Source: an uncultured delta proteobacterium
GTDB taxonomy: Bacteria > Desulfobacterota > Binatia > UBA9968
Length of the DNA stretch: 64,000 bases
Direction of reading: 5' to 3'
NCBI GenBank assembly: GCA_963760795.1
Contig: CAVXEP010000022.1
Coordinates: forward strand, 1-64,000
The position numbers were made by a program, and so were the translations under genes. Shown here piece after piece: positions 10,499 to 20,829 of this stretch; the stretch's first letter is position 1, and the number at the start of each line of letters is the position of its first letter. The notes under the pieces were generated by a model that worked only from the letters and a program-made list of their open reading frames with translations, searched no databases and was not told the DNA's origin.

Positions 10499-10760
10499 AC
10501 GTCCGCTTTCTCGCTCCAGCTCAAGAAGAACTCGACGAAGCCGTTGATTGGTATAACAAGCAAAGCGACGGGCTCGGCCAGGGGTTTCTTGACGAATTCG
10601 ACCGCTGCATCCGCAGAATTGTAACTTTCCCGCTATCGGGCACGGAGATTGGGCCAGCAATTCGGCGCTGCCTGCTCGCCCGCTTTCCCTACGGCATCGT
10701 TTACGGAATTGACAGGCAAACTATCATCGTCTAGCCATCGCACACTCGCATCGCAAACGT
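10495..10760 (+). pseudogene. RelE/ParE-family toxin (C-terminus frameshifted or truncated)
   Basis: AQEELDEAVDWY...LGQGF...RRCLLARFPYGIVY; AIAHSHRK continues in another frame. Confidence 0.8.
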
Positions 10761-10822
10761 ACGGACGATCACGGAATCACGACTTAACATTTCTCTCCGA
10801 AAGGTTTCTTAGGATATCTAAG

Positions 10823-12095
10823 ATGGCCGAACCGACAATCATATGTCCGCAGTGCAAGACTGAAATCAAACTCACGGAGTCCCTCGCCGCGCCGCTGCTC
10901 GCCGATGTGAAGCGGCAGTTCGAGCAACGGCTGGCGCAAAAAGATATCGACATGGCCAAGCGCGAGCAGTCGTTGAACGAGCGCGCCGAATCTATCGAAA
11001 AAGCCAAAGCTAATCTCGACCAGCAGATCGCCGCAAAGCTCCAGCAAGAGCGCGGCCGCATCGCCGCCGAGGAGCAGCAAAAAGCTAAGATGGTTCTAGG
11101 TAACGATCTCAATCAAAAAGTCAAAGAGATCGGCACTTTGCAAGAAGTATTGAAACAACGGGATGCCAAGCTCGCCGAAGCCCAGCAGGCCCAGGCGGAA
11201 CTGATCGGCAAGCAGCGTGAGCTGGACGACGCCATGCGCGAGTTGGACTTAACGATCGCCAAGCGCGTCCAGGCCGATCTCGGCAGCGAGCGCGACAAAG
11301 CCAAGAAGGAAGCCGAAGATGAGCTGAAATTCAAAGTGATGGAGAAAGACCAAACCATCACCGCCATGCAGAGACAGATCGAAGAGCTGAAGCGGCGCGC
11401 CGAACAGGGCTCGCAGCAACTTCAAGGAGAAGTTCAGGAACTAGAACTCGAGGCGCTGCTGACTGCGAAGTTTCCCCGCGACACGATCCAACCGGTGCCC
11501 AAGGGCGAGTTCGGCGGCGATGTCTTGCAGCGCGTGGTCGGGCCGCTCAACCAGATCTGCGGCACGATCCTTTGGGAGACGAAGCGGACGAAAAATTGGA
11601 GCGACGGCTGGCTGCCCAAACTGCGCGAAGATCAGCGCACCGCGAAAGCCGAGATCGCCATCATCATCAGCCAGGCGCTACCGAAGGAAGTCGACACCTT
11701 CGGTTTCATCGACGGCGTCTGGGTCGCCGACCCCAAAGTCGCCTTGCCAGTGGCGCTCTCGTTGCGCCAGAGCCTGATCGAAGTCGCCGCCGCCCGCCAG
11801 GCGAGCGAAGGCCAGCAGACCAAGATGGAAATGGTCTACGGCTATCTCACCGGCCCGCGCTTCCGCCAGCGAGTTCAAGCGATAGTTGAAGCATTTCTCA
11901 AGTATGAAAGAAGATTTGGACCGCGAGAAAAAAGCCATCACCCGCCAATGGGCCAAGCGCGAAGAACAGATCGACCGGGTCATGCAAGCGACCGTCGGCA
12001 TGTACGGCGACCTCCAAGGCATCGCCGGTAGGACATTGCAGGAGATCGAAGGGCTGGAGTTTCAGGGGATGTTGGATTTCAAAACCGAGGATTAG
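10823..12095 (+). CDS. DUF2130-family coiled-coil protein (frameshift near 11895)
   Basis: IICPQCKTEIKLTESLAAP, GSQQLQGEVQE, ETKRTKNWSDGWLPKL, MYGDLQGIAG. Confidence 0.85.
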
Positions 12096-12255
12096 ACTGG
12101 TTTGGTCATTCGCGACAGAGTCATAGTGTCACGGAGTTGGAGAACTAAGAATATTGGGTTGAAGGAACACGAATCTGCGCTATGAATTGGCATGAGCCTA
12201 GCTCCAACTGATTGCGCATGATCGAAGGGTACTGAGGCCTTAAATTCAGATCGTT

Positions 12256-12300
12256 TTGAACGGAGCACAGCGATTAAACGATTTGAACGGCTTGAACAAT
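12256..12300. repeat. 9-nt-period TTGAAC tandem repeat
   Basis: ttgaacgga...ttaaacgat ttgaacggc ttgaacaat. Confidence 0.7.
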
Positions 12301-12319
12301 ATTATTCTAGGAGTTTTCC

Positions 12320-13838
12320 ATGTCTGACCATTACGACGTCATCGTTGTCGGCGGCGGTTCCGCCGGCTGCGTATTAGCAGCCCGGCTTTCCGAGGACTCG
12401 AAGCGCAAAGTGCTGCTGCTCGAAGCCGGACCGGACCCGCAGCCGATTCCCGATACGGTGGCCGATGCCGAGAAGACGACTCACGTCTTGCTCGAAAGCC
12501 CGTACATTCAGATGTATCCGACCAAACGTAACTACGACGGCAGTGAGTTCTATTCGCTGGCGGGGCGCATCACCGGCGGTGGGTCGTCGGTCAACATGAT
12601 GGCGATTCCGCGGCCGATCAAGGCCGATCTCGACACTTGGGCGAGCCAGGGCAATCCCGATTGGTCATGGGAGAAAGTCTTGCCGGTGTTAAAACGGATG
12701 GAGGCCGACCAGGATTTTCCCGACGACCCGATCCACGGCAACTCGGGACCGATCTACGTCAAGCGCAAGCATCTGTTCGACGTCGAGATGGGCGAGCAAG
12801 AGCAGGCGTTGCTCGAAACTTTGTCTAAGCTCGGCATGCCGCGATTTTTGGACCAAAACATTGCCAATCCCCACGGCGTGGCGCCCGTGGCGCGCAATAG
12901 CAAGGACGGCAAGCGCCAGTCGGCAACGGTGATGTACCTCAATCCCGCGCGCCAACGAAGCAATCTGACGATCATCGATGAAGCTTCGGTCAGCTCGCTT
13001 CTCTTGAAAGGTAAGCGGGTCACCGGCGTGCGCTATCGCAAAGATGGGCAGGATCACACCGTCACCGCGGACAAAGTTGTGCTGAGCGCCGGTGTCTATC
13101 ACTCGCCGCAGATCCTGATGCTTTCGGGCATCGGTCCAGCCGCGCAGCTAAAACAATATGGGATTCCACTGGTCCAGGACATGGCCGGTATCGGCGAGAA
13201 CTATCAAGATCACCCGATGCTGACGATGACGTTTAAATCAAACCCAGAGAATCGAAAGCCGCTCATGCGCGGCCGGTCGAGCTTAAAGTTATACTTTAAG
13301 ACTGACCCGGCGCGCGACCATCTCAATTTCCACATCATTCCCCGCGAGGCGATCACTCTGTCCGGCATCGGCGATATGTTGGGCTTCTCGTGCAATCTCT
13401 TGGAGCAAACCAATCGCGGCCGGCTCACGCTCCAGAGCGCCGATCCCAGCGATCTGCCGAACATCGATCCGCAGGTCTTGGAACATCCTAAGGACATCGC
13501 AGCGATGCTGGCGGCGATGAAGTTCGTCCAGCGCCTCGCCAGCAGCGCGCCGCTAAGTGAGTTTTTCGGCGAGCTATTCTCGCCAAACCCCAAGGAAGAC
13601 TGGGAAAAATTCGCGCGCTCGTCGTACACGAGCTACTACCACGGGGTCGGCACCTGCAAGATGGGCCCCGCCTCGGACCCCATGGCCGTGGTTGATCAAC
13701 AGTTGCGCGTGCATGGCTTCGAAAACCTCTGGGTCGGCGACGCGTCCGATCATGCCCACCGTGGTCCACGCCAACACCAATCTCACGGTCATGATGATCG
13801 CCGAACGGGCGGCGGAGTTTATCAAGGCGCAGTCGTGA
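12320..13838 (+). CDS. GMC-family FAD oxidoreductase (frameshift near 13746)
   Basis: VGGGSAG, GGGSSVN, YQDHP, HGVGTCKMG, DAS|IMPT...NTNLTVMMIAER. Confidence 0.9.
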
Positions 13839-13844
13839 AAGGAT

Positions 13845-14022
13845 TTTACCGCGGCGGCGCGGAGAACGCGTCCTTCGGCTGGGCTCAGGATGCGCGGCTA
13901 TAAAACCTCCGCTCATGGTAAGCCCTCGACAAGCTCGGAACTAAAGGTGCAGTCGAGGGAGCCGGTCGTGGGCGAAGTCGAACGATCGAGCCTTGCGACC
14001 TCCGGTTCTTTGCGGTGAATTT
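13845..14022. repeat. Composite degenerate intergenic repeat
   Basis: Outer accgcgg...ctttgcggtg arms enclosing cctcgac...gtcgagg. Confidence 0.45.
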
Positions 14023-14101
14023 TTCTCGTTTCTCGCCCTTGTAAGCGTTCCCGCAACCTCGCTATGATCGGCGCCGGTCAAGTCACGCACGGGAGGTTGT
14101 C

Positions 14102-15130
14102 ATGAAACGAATCCTGTTCGTTCTCGCTCTCGTCTTCGTTACGTCGATCACCGCGTCAGCACAGGCGCCGTTCTACCAAGACAAAACCGTCCGCATCGTC
14201 GCCGGCTACGGCGCCGGCAGCGTCGACGACGCATGGACGCGATTGATCGCGCGCTATCTCGCCAAACATATTCCCGGCAATCCCAACCTGATCGTGCAGA
14301 ACATGCCTGGCGCCGGCGCGATGATCGCGGCCAATTACGTTTACAAAGTCGCCAAGCCCGACGGCCTCACGCTTGGCGGCATTCGCAGCGGGCTCTATTT
14401 CGATCAACTGGTCGGGAGACAACAGGTGCAGTTCGATTGGCCGAAGTTTACTTGGCTCGGCAGTCCGACCCAGGTCGAACAGCTCATCTATATTCGTGCC
14501 AACACGCCGTACAAAACCATCGCCGACGTGCGCAAAGCGGCCGTGCCGCCGAAATGCGGCGCCACCGGCACATCGTCGACCGGCTACTACACCGGCAACC
14601 TGTTGGAGGAAACCCTCGGCGCGAAATTCCAGACGCTCACCGGCTACAAGGACGGTCCTGATATCGAATTGGCCGTCGAGCGAGAAGAGGTGCAGTGCCG
14701 GGGGATTTCAATCGAGACCCTATTCGGCCGCGAACCGCTGATCGGCTGGCACAAGTCAGGTTTCGTCCGCGTGCTGATCCAAACCGGTAGAAAGCGCGAC
14801 CCACGGTTGGCCGACGTGCCGACGATCTGGGAGCTGATGAGCGAACATAAAACTCCGGAAGCGGGCGTACGGCTGGCGACGATCATCCTCGCCGTCGGCG
14901 CCTTTGGCCGTCCCTATGTCAGCTCGCCCGGCCTGCCGCCGGAGCGGGCAAAAATAATTCAGAGCGCGTTCAAGAAAACCATCACCGACCCGGACTTTCA
15001 GGCGCAAGCCAAAGAGCGAAGACTGGAAATCGATCCGGTCGGCGGCGAAGAGCTGGCAACTCTCGCCCGCGAAGTCATCGCCCAACCGAAGGAAGTCGTC
15101 GAGCGGATGAAGCGATTGCTCGAGAAATAA
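14102..15130 (+). CDS. TctC/Bug-like substrate-binding protein
   Basis: Signal peptide; IPGNP.LIVQNMPGAG, KPDGLT, GRPYVSSPG. Confidence 0.85.
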   Translation: MKRILFVLALVFVTSITASAQAPFYQDKTVRIVAGYGAGSVDDAWTRLIARYLAKHIPGNPNLIVQNMPGAGAMIAANYVYKVAKPDGLTLGGIRSGLYFDQLVGRQQVQFDWPKFTWLGSPTQVEQLIYIRANTPYKTIADVRKAAVPPKCGATGTSSTGYYTGNLLEETLGAKFQTLTGYKDGPDIELAVEREEVQCRGISIETLFGREPLIGWHKSGFVRVLIQTGRKRDPRLADVPTIWELMSEHKTPEAGVRLATIILAVGAFGRPYVSSPGLPPERAKIIQSAFKKTITDPDFQAQAKERRLEIDPVGGEELATLAREVIAQPKEVVERMKRLLEK

Positions 15131-15131
15131 T

Positions 15132-16097
15132 TTATTTGAGCTTCATCTCGCGCTGCACCTCTTCGAGAGATGCGAAGTTGACCACCTGGGAGATACCGAC
15201 GGCGGGATTGCGCCCTTTGATCGAGTCGATCACGCTTTGTATCGACTGCGCGCTTGTCATGCCGTCCGGGCTGTACGCTTTGAGCATGGTGTCATAGCTG
15301 GCCGCGGCAAATTCCGGCGCCATTTTCCAGCGTTGCGCGATGTAGCCGACCAACTCGTCGCGATTTTGCCGGATCCGGATCAGCGACCGCACCATCGTCC
15401 GCACGACTCGCTTCACCTGCGCGGGATTTTCCTGAATTTTTTTGTCGGTGGTCGCCAGACCGCCCTGTGGGTAGTCGAGAACATCGCCGACGAATACCAG
15501 GCGCCTGAAGCCTTTCTTTTCCATCATCGCATCGAAGGGCGGAGTCAGCATGGCAGCATGAATCGAGCCGGCCGATAAAGCGAGCATCTGCTCGCTCTGC
15601 GCGATGCCGATAAAGCGCGCGTCTCTTTCCGGATTGAGCCCGTGCTTCGCCAAGATTTCCCGCGCAGCATAGTCCAAACTGCCGCCGATGGAGGTGACGG
15701 CGATGGAGCGTCCTTTCAAGCCGGCGATGGTTTTAATATCCGGCGCAGCCATCAAGGAGACGGCCATCCGCGAATTCATATACACGACAACTTTGAGCGG
15801 CAGACCCTGAACCGCGGCGCGCAACACAGTTTCCGCCGACGCGCTGAAATCGACCTCGCCCGCTACCAAAGCGGGGACCTGCAGCCGTCCGCCGACAAAT
15901 ACCAGCTGCGGCTCGATCCCCTCCTCCCGGAAAAATCCCTTGTCGTGGGCGAAAAACACCGGCAGCATACTCATCGACGTGGTCGGCAGCCCGATGATTA
16001 CCTTCTCGCCGGCGCCGCTTCGAGGCGCCGCCCCAAACCCAGCCATCGGCGCGACCAGCGCCGAGAAAAGCAACACAACCGAAGCAAATCTTTTCAT
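15132..16097 (-). CDS. SsuA/NMT1-like substrate-binding protein
   Basis: GGAGG RBS; signal peptide; KGFFREEG, LKGRSIAV. Confidence 0.85.
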   Translation of the reverse strand: MKRFASVVLLFSALVAPMAGFGAAPRSGAGEKVIIGLPTTSMSMLPVFFAHDKGFFREEGIEPQLVFVGGRLQVPALVAGEVDFSASAETVLRAAVQGLPLKVVVYMNSRMAVSLMAAPDIKTIAGLKGRSIAVTSIGGSLDYAAREILAKHGLNPERDARFIGIAQSEQMLALSAGSIHAAMLTPPFDAMMEKKGFRRLVFVGDVLDYPQGGLATTDKKIQENPAQVKRVVRTMVRSLIRIRQNRDELVGYIAQRWKMAPEFAAASYDTMLKAYSPDGMTSAQSIQSVIDSIKGRNPAVGISQVVNFASLEEVQREMKLK

Positions 16098-16537
16098 CCG
16101 AAACCCTCCATCGATCGCGGCGAACGATAAAGCATTGTCCATCAGCGGCGAAAATAGGTGACAACGGCGATCCGCGCAAGGCCATCAGGAAGAATCGCCG
16201 ATGTGGCCGCGCAGCTTATCAAAGCGCAGTCGTGTCACCATGGCTGAGATAGGATTTCTTCAATGCACCGCCGAACGCAAAATAGTTCCGCTGGGCAATC
16301 ACCTCATTTGGTTGGCAATGACGGCGAAATAAAACTGAACCATTTCTTGCCCCAACCGGATTCCGTAGTCCGAACAGTCTAAATTTGCTATGGTTTGCCC
16401 CAGCCAACCGCAACCGCGCGATCCATAGAAATCACTTTTGTCTCAACCGACAACTTTAATGAACGTGCCATCAAGCATCCGGTCAGTTTGTCGACGCAAC
16501 CAAGCGCTAAAGTGCCTTCAATAGCGCCGAACTCTTC

Positions 16538-17026
16538 GTGGAATTCGTGACTTCCATCGTCATCGAAACAAAAATCCGCGCGCCCATCGAACTCTGTTTC
16601 GACCTCGCGCGCGATGTCGACGCCCACAGCGAATCGGCGGCGTTTTCATCGGAACGCATCGTCCCGCCGGGGCGTATCGAAGGGTTGCTCGAACTTGGCG
16701 ATCTGGTCGCCTTCGAAGGCCGCCACCTTGGCGTCAAGCAGCGCTTCGTCGCGCGGATCACCGCGCTTGACCGCCCGCATCGCTTTGACGACGAAATGGT
16801 TCAAGGCTCTTTTAAATGGCTGCGCCACTTTCACGAATTCGAGTTTTACGACGGCGTCACCACCATGCGCGACACACTCGAATGGGAGCCGCCCCTCGGC
16901 ATCGTCGGACGCCTTGCCGATCGGCTCTTCCTGCGCCGCCACATGCACTGGTTCGTATCGACGAAGCAGAATGGCCTGAAGCGAATGGCGGAGGATCGAG
17001 TGAGAACATCGATGAACAAGTCATGA
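16538..17026 (+). CDS. SRPBCC-family protein
   Basis: ETKIRAPIELCFDLARDVD, FDDEMVQGSFK..RHFHEF. Confidence 0.8.
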   Translation: MEFVTSIVIETKIRAPIELCFDLARDVDAHSESAAFSSERIVPPGRIEGLLELGDLVAFEGRHLGVKQRFVARITALDRPHRFDDEMVQGSFKWLRHFHEFEFYDGVTTMRDTLEWEPPLGIVGRLADRLFLRRHMHWFVSTKQNGLKRMAEDRVRTSMNKS

Positions 17027-17520
17027 TCCAACTTGAACAGATCGGTCCAACAAACGCACCGGTCTTCAAAAACATTCGCCTGCGCGCTTTGCAAGACTCC
17101 CCCACCGCATTCAGCTCCACCTACGCCGACGAATTTAAACTCACCGACGCCGATTGGTTGAAACGTGCCTCGCAGTGGTGCGGCGCCAACTCGGTCGCTT
17201 ATCTCGCGATGGACGCCGGCAATGCTGTTGGTATTGCGGCGGGCGTTCGCGATCGAAACGATCCCAAGCGCGCTGACCTCATGTCGATGTGGGTTGCGCC
17301 GGCGCAACGCCGTCTGGGAATCGGCCGTATGTTGGTCGACGCCATCGTGACATGGGCTCGCGGACAAAACGTGCTATACTTGTACTTGATGGTGACCAGC
17401 AACAACGATCGCGCTATCCAATTCTATCGAAGTCTCGGTTTTGCACTCACGGGCCGAAACGAACCCTATCGTAACGATCAAGCGCTGCTCAATTTAGAAA
17501 TGCACCGTTCTCTGCCCTAG
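17023..17520 (+). CDS. GNAT acetyltransferase
   Basis: RLRALQDSPTAF, MWVAPAQRRLGIG, NDRAIQFYRSLGF; start overlaps the upstream stop. Confidence 0.85.
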   Translation: MIQLEQIGPTNAPVFKNIRLRALQDSPTAFSSTYADEFKLTDADWLKRASQWCGANSVAYLAMDAGNAVGIAAGVRDRNDPKRADLMSMWVAPAQRRLGIGRMLVDAIVTWARGQNVLYLYLMVTSNNDRAIQFYRSLGFALTGRNEPYRNDQALLNLEMHRSLP

Positions 17521-17586
17521 CCTCCGCGTTATCGTTTCCGCAACCGCCAGCGGCGTTTCTAGTGAAACGCCAAGGGAGTCATTGGC

Positions 17587-18252
17587 ATGCCGGGATATTC
17601 GGTCGAGACCTCGACGTACCGCATCGGTGCGGAGGATTATCGGATCCGTTCGCTTTGCAACCGCCGGCAGTATTGGGACCCCGATGGCCGGGCTGAGCGG
17701 GCCGGCATTTCCTCGGCAACCTGGCCGATCTTCGGCGTGGTGTGGCCGGCGGGCATCGCGCTGGCGCAAGAGATGAGTCATCTCACATTCGCCGGCTTGA
17801 AAATTCTCGAGGTCGGTTGCGGCATCGGTTTGTCGAGTCTAGTCCTGCAACGCCAGGGCGCCGACATCACGGCAACGGATTATCATCCTCTGGCGGAGGA
17901 ATTTCTCCGCTTCAACAGCGACCTGAACGACCTGCCGCCGATCAAATTTCACAACGCTCCATGGGCCGGCCCCAATCCTAATCTCGGCCGCTTCGATCTC
18001 ATCGTTGGTAGCGATCTGCTCTACGAACGTGGTCATCCCGCCCTATTGGCGGCATTTCTCGCCTGTCATACCGAATCGACCGCCCAAGTCATCCTCGCCG
18101 ATCCCGGCCGCAAGAGATGCGGGCAGTTCAGCAGCCAAATGAACGCGGAGGGCTACAGCCGAACCGAGCAGCGGTTTCATTGCAGCGGTGAAGCGAGCGC
18201 CCAACCCCACGGCCGCATGATGAGCTTTGCGCGCTCCCAAAGAGAACTTTGA
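17587..18252 (+). CDS. Class I SAM methyltransferase (METTL21/Methyltransf_16-like)
   Basis: VWPAG, LEVGCGIGL, ATDY, IVGSDLLYE, ADPGR. Confidence 0.85.
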   Translation: MPGYSVETSTYRIGAEDYRIRSLCNRRQYWDPDGRAERAGISSATWPIFGVVWPAGIALAQEMSHLTFAGLKILEVGCGIGLSSLVLQRQGADITATDYHPLAEEFLRFNSDLNDLPPIKFHNAPWAGPNPNLGRFDLIVGSDLLYERGHPALLAAFLACHTESTAQVILADPGRKRCGQFSSQMNAEGYSRTEQRFHCSGEASAQPHGRMMSFARSQREL

Positions 18253-18330
18253 AGTTGCCGCGCGCTCGAACTCATGCGCCTCGCCAGAAGATGATTGCTA
18301 TCGCCTCTGGCAAGCACTAGACTGACCGGC

Positions 18331-18576
18331 ATGACACAGAGCAATGAGGAAAAATCCCGCTATAAAATCGCCGATACACATCGCAGTCAGCCATTCGTCG
18401 GGGTCATGAAGCGGGATCGCGATACTTACTCCTGGAGCTGGAAGGGGCATATCGCCTTCGTCGACGGGCATTATTTCGAATTCACCAGCCAACGCACCTT
18501 TGACACCTCCACCGAAGCCGAAGCTTACATGCGCCGGTTCGCCTGCAACCACATCGACCATCGCATGAACCTCTAG
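18331..18576 (+). CDS. Small hypothetical protein
   Basis: Coding-like ORF filling the gap; no motif recognised. Confidence 0.55.
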   Translation: MTQSNEEKSRYKIADTHRSQPFVGVMKRDRDTYSWSWKGHIAFVDGHYFEFTSQRTFDTSTEAEAYMRRFACNHIDHRMNL

Positions 18577-18677
18577 CGTGCACCCAGGCCGTTTGTCAGG
18601 AAGTCAGTCGCTACTGAAAATACCCGCCGAAGTTCCCAGCCCCATCGGTTCTCCCCGCCGGCGCTAGCCCGGTTTGA

Positions 18678-18707
18678 TTGACAGCCGTTTCGCCGCCGAC
18701 ATATATT
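18678..18707 (+). promoter_or_regulatory. sigma70-type promoter upstream of the diiron-enzyme operon
   Basis: TTGACA-N18-TATATT. Confidence 0.55.
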
Positions 18708-18763
18708 CGCGTCAGATCCGCGAGGCCAGCGCGCGTGGCAATCTTGTTTTGAAGGAAAATGCG

Positions 18764-19444
18764 ATGAGCAAATGGTCCGAAGTCGAACGGCAATTAAATG
18801 TCATGGTCAACCAGTGGTACGACACAGCCGAGATCAAGCGCATGCTCGCCGTGCCGCTCAATCCCGACCGGCTCGCCTTTCGCCACCAGCACATGAATTT
18901 CTTCAGCAACAACCGGCGCGACTGTTGGGCAGCGGTGGCGTGCAAGGCGCCGCTCGACGTCAAGCGCGCCATCTGGGAGCATGAAAAAGACGAGCTCATC
19001 TATGACCCGCGCATGGGCAAGGCCCATGTCACCGAGGACGACCTGGGCGACCGGAAAGAGTCGGACATGATCCCCGGTGCGCGCGCGGCATTTTATGCCT
19101 GGCTTCACTGTGCGCAAGAAAAACCCTGGCTCGAAGGGCTGGCCTGCTCGCATATCCTCGAACGGCGCAACAACGACCACATCGTCACCGGCGGCACGCT
19201 CACGCAGCGCTTGGTCAAACGCCAGGAAGTCGAATTGGGCATCAAGAAGAAAGACCAAGACATCAACGTCCAGGTGCATCTGGTCGCCGACGTCGATCAT
19301 ACCGATCTGCTCGCCGAAGTTTTCAATCGTTACGTGGTCGACGATCTTACCGCGCAGCAAATGCTGCGCGGGGCTGAAGAGTCCCTCGCCATCGAACGGA
19401 GCTTTCACGGCGCCATCGCCGCGGCGATGGCGGAAATGGATTGA
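18764..19444 (+). CDS. Heme-oxygenase-like (CADD/PqqC-fold) putative diiron enzyme
   Basis: Helical protein with E...H (KDEL..KAH), E (ILE) and H-x3-D-x2-H (HLVADVDH). Confidence 0.7.
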   Translation: MSKWSEVERQLNVMVNQWYDTAEIKRMLAVPLNPDRLAFRHQHMNFFSNNRRDCWAAVACKAPLDVKRAIWEHEKDELIYDPRMGKAHVTEDDLGDRKESDMIPGARAAFYAWLHCAQEKPWLEGLACSHILERRNNDHIVTGGTLTQRLVKRQEVELGIKKKDQDINVQVHLVADVDHTDLLAEVFNRYVVDDLTAQQMLRGAEESLAIERSFHGAIAAAMAEMD

Positions 19445-19536
19445 AATTCAGCCGGCAGGTTCCAGTTTGCGGCGAAGGAATCACATCGAACATTTTGTCT
19501 CGTCGCTGAAATCAAAAGGATTACCGGAGCATCGCC

Positions 19537-20680
19537 ATGGAAATTCGCCACGGCCTGATTAGCGCCGACTCCCATGTCGTCACCGAGCCCAGGGCGTTCC
19601 TCGATCGCATGTCGAAAAACCAGTTCGGCGAGCGCATCCCGCAAATCAAAGAGATTGAGAACAAAGGCCAACAGGTCGAGCGCTGGTTCGTCAATGGCCA
19701 ACCTTTGCACTCCCGCGGCGTGTGCAACTGCCCGGCGGTGATGGGCGATCCCCAGCGCAATCTCTATCCGCAGCGCTGGGCGGAAGTGCCGGCGAAGGCC
19801 TACCTTCCCGCCGATCGTCTGCAAGCTCTCGACGCTGACGGCATCGATGCCGAGGTGCTCTTTCCCAACGACCCGAGTTCATTTCACCAATACAACGACG
19901 CCGAGTTCGAGATCGCCTGTGTGCAGGCCTACAACGACTCCCTGGGCGAGCTTACGCGCGCCAGCAAGCGCTTCATTTCGTTGGCGATGATCCCGCTGCT
20001 TTGCGGCATGGACACCATCGTCGCCGAGGTAAGGCGCGCCGAAAGCAAAGGCCACCGCGGTATCGTCATGTTCGCGCTGCCTAGTTTGATGGTCGCTTCG
20101 CTGCCCCATATCGGCGAGCCCTACTGGTATCCGTTATGGGATGTCTGCCAGGAGCTGGCGATGCCGATCCACTTTCACGCCTCCGCCGGTTTGGCGCGCA
20201 AGCTAACCTTCCCCGAATGGGACTGGCTACACGCCGTACCAACAACATGCGGCCTTTACCGTGCCGACCTCGTCATGGCCGGCGCAGATCGTGCCCAACT
20301 TGATTTTCTCCGGTATCGCTTACAAATTTCCTAAATCAAAGTGGGTGTTCGCCGAAACCGGCATCGGCTCGGTGAGCTGCGTGCAATCGGCCTGCGATCA
20401 CGAATGGGAACGGCGCCAGCTCTGGCGCCATGGTTTGGAGCGGCGCCCGAGCGAGCTGATTCGCGAGCAAGTGTACGTGAACTTCTGGTACGAGCAGGCC
20501 GGCATCGAGCTGCGCCACGCCGTCGGCGTCGACAACATCATGTGGGAATCCGACTACCCGCATATCGCCTCGACCTATCCCGACTCGTGGCAGTTCGTCG
20601 AACGCTCCCTCGCCGGCGTGTCGCAGGACGAACGGAAGAAAATGTTGTACGGCAACGCCCAGGCATTGTATCGGCTTTAG
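19537..20680 (+). CDS. Amidohydrolase_2 (frameshift near 20221)
   Basis: ISADSH, IHFH, FAETGIG, WESDYPH. Confidence 0.85.
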
Positions 20681-20734
20681 AGCAGAAGAATGGCCGCAAA
20701 GAACGCAAAGGGCACAAAGTTCAGAACCGGACGA

Positions 20735-20817
20735 TTCACCACGAAGGCATGAAGGACACGAAGGTTTCGGACCATTGTTATTTCGAACTTCGTGCTCTTC
20801 GTGTCCTTCGTGGTGAA
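20735..20817. repeat. CACGAAG nonamer-period palindromic element
   Basis: ttcaccacgaaggcatgaaggacacgaagg...cttcgtgctcttcgtgtccttcgtggtgaa. Confidence 0.85.
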
Positions 20818-20829
20818 ACCTAGTTTCCA

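Noticed and set aside
12188-12203. TGGCAT-N5-TAGCT as a sigma54 promoter
   Set aside because: Mismatch in the -12 element and no supporting context
16150-16500. AT-richer gap with small ORFs
   Set aside because: No recognisable protein or RNA structure; probably promoter DNA or decayed sequence
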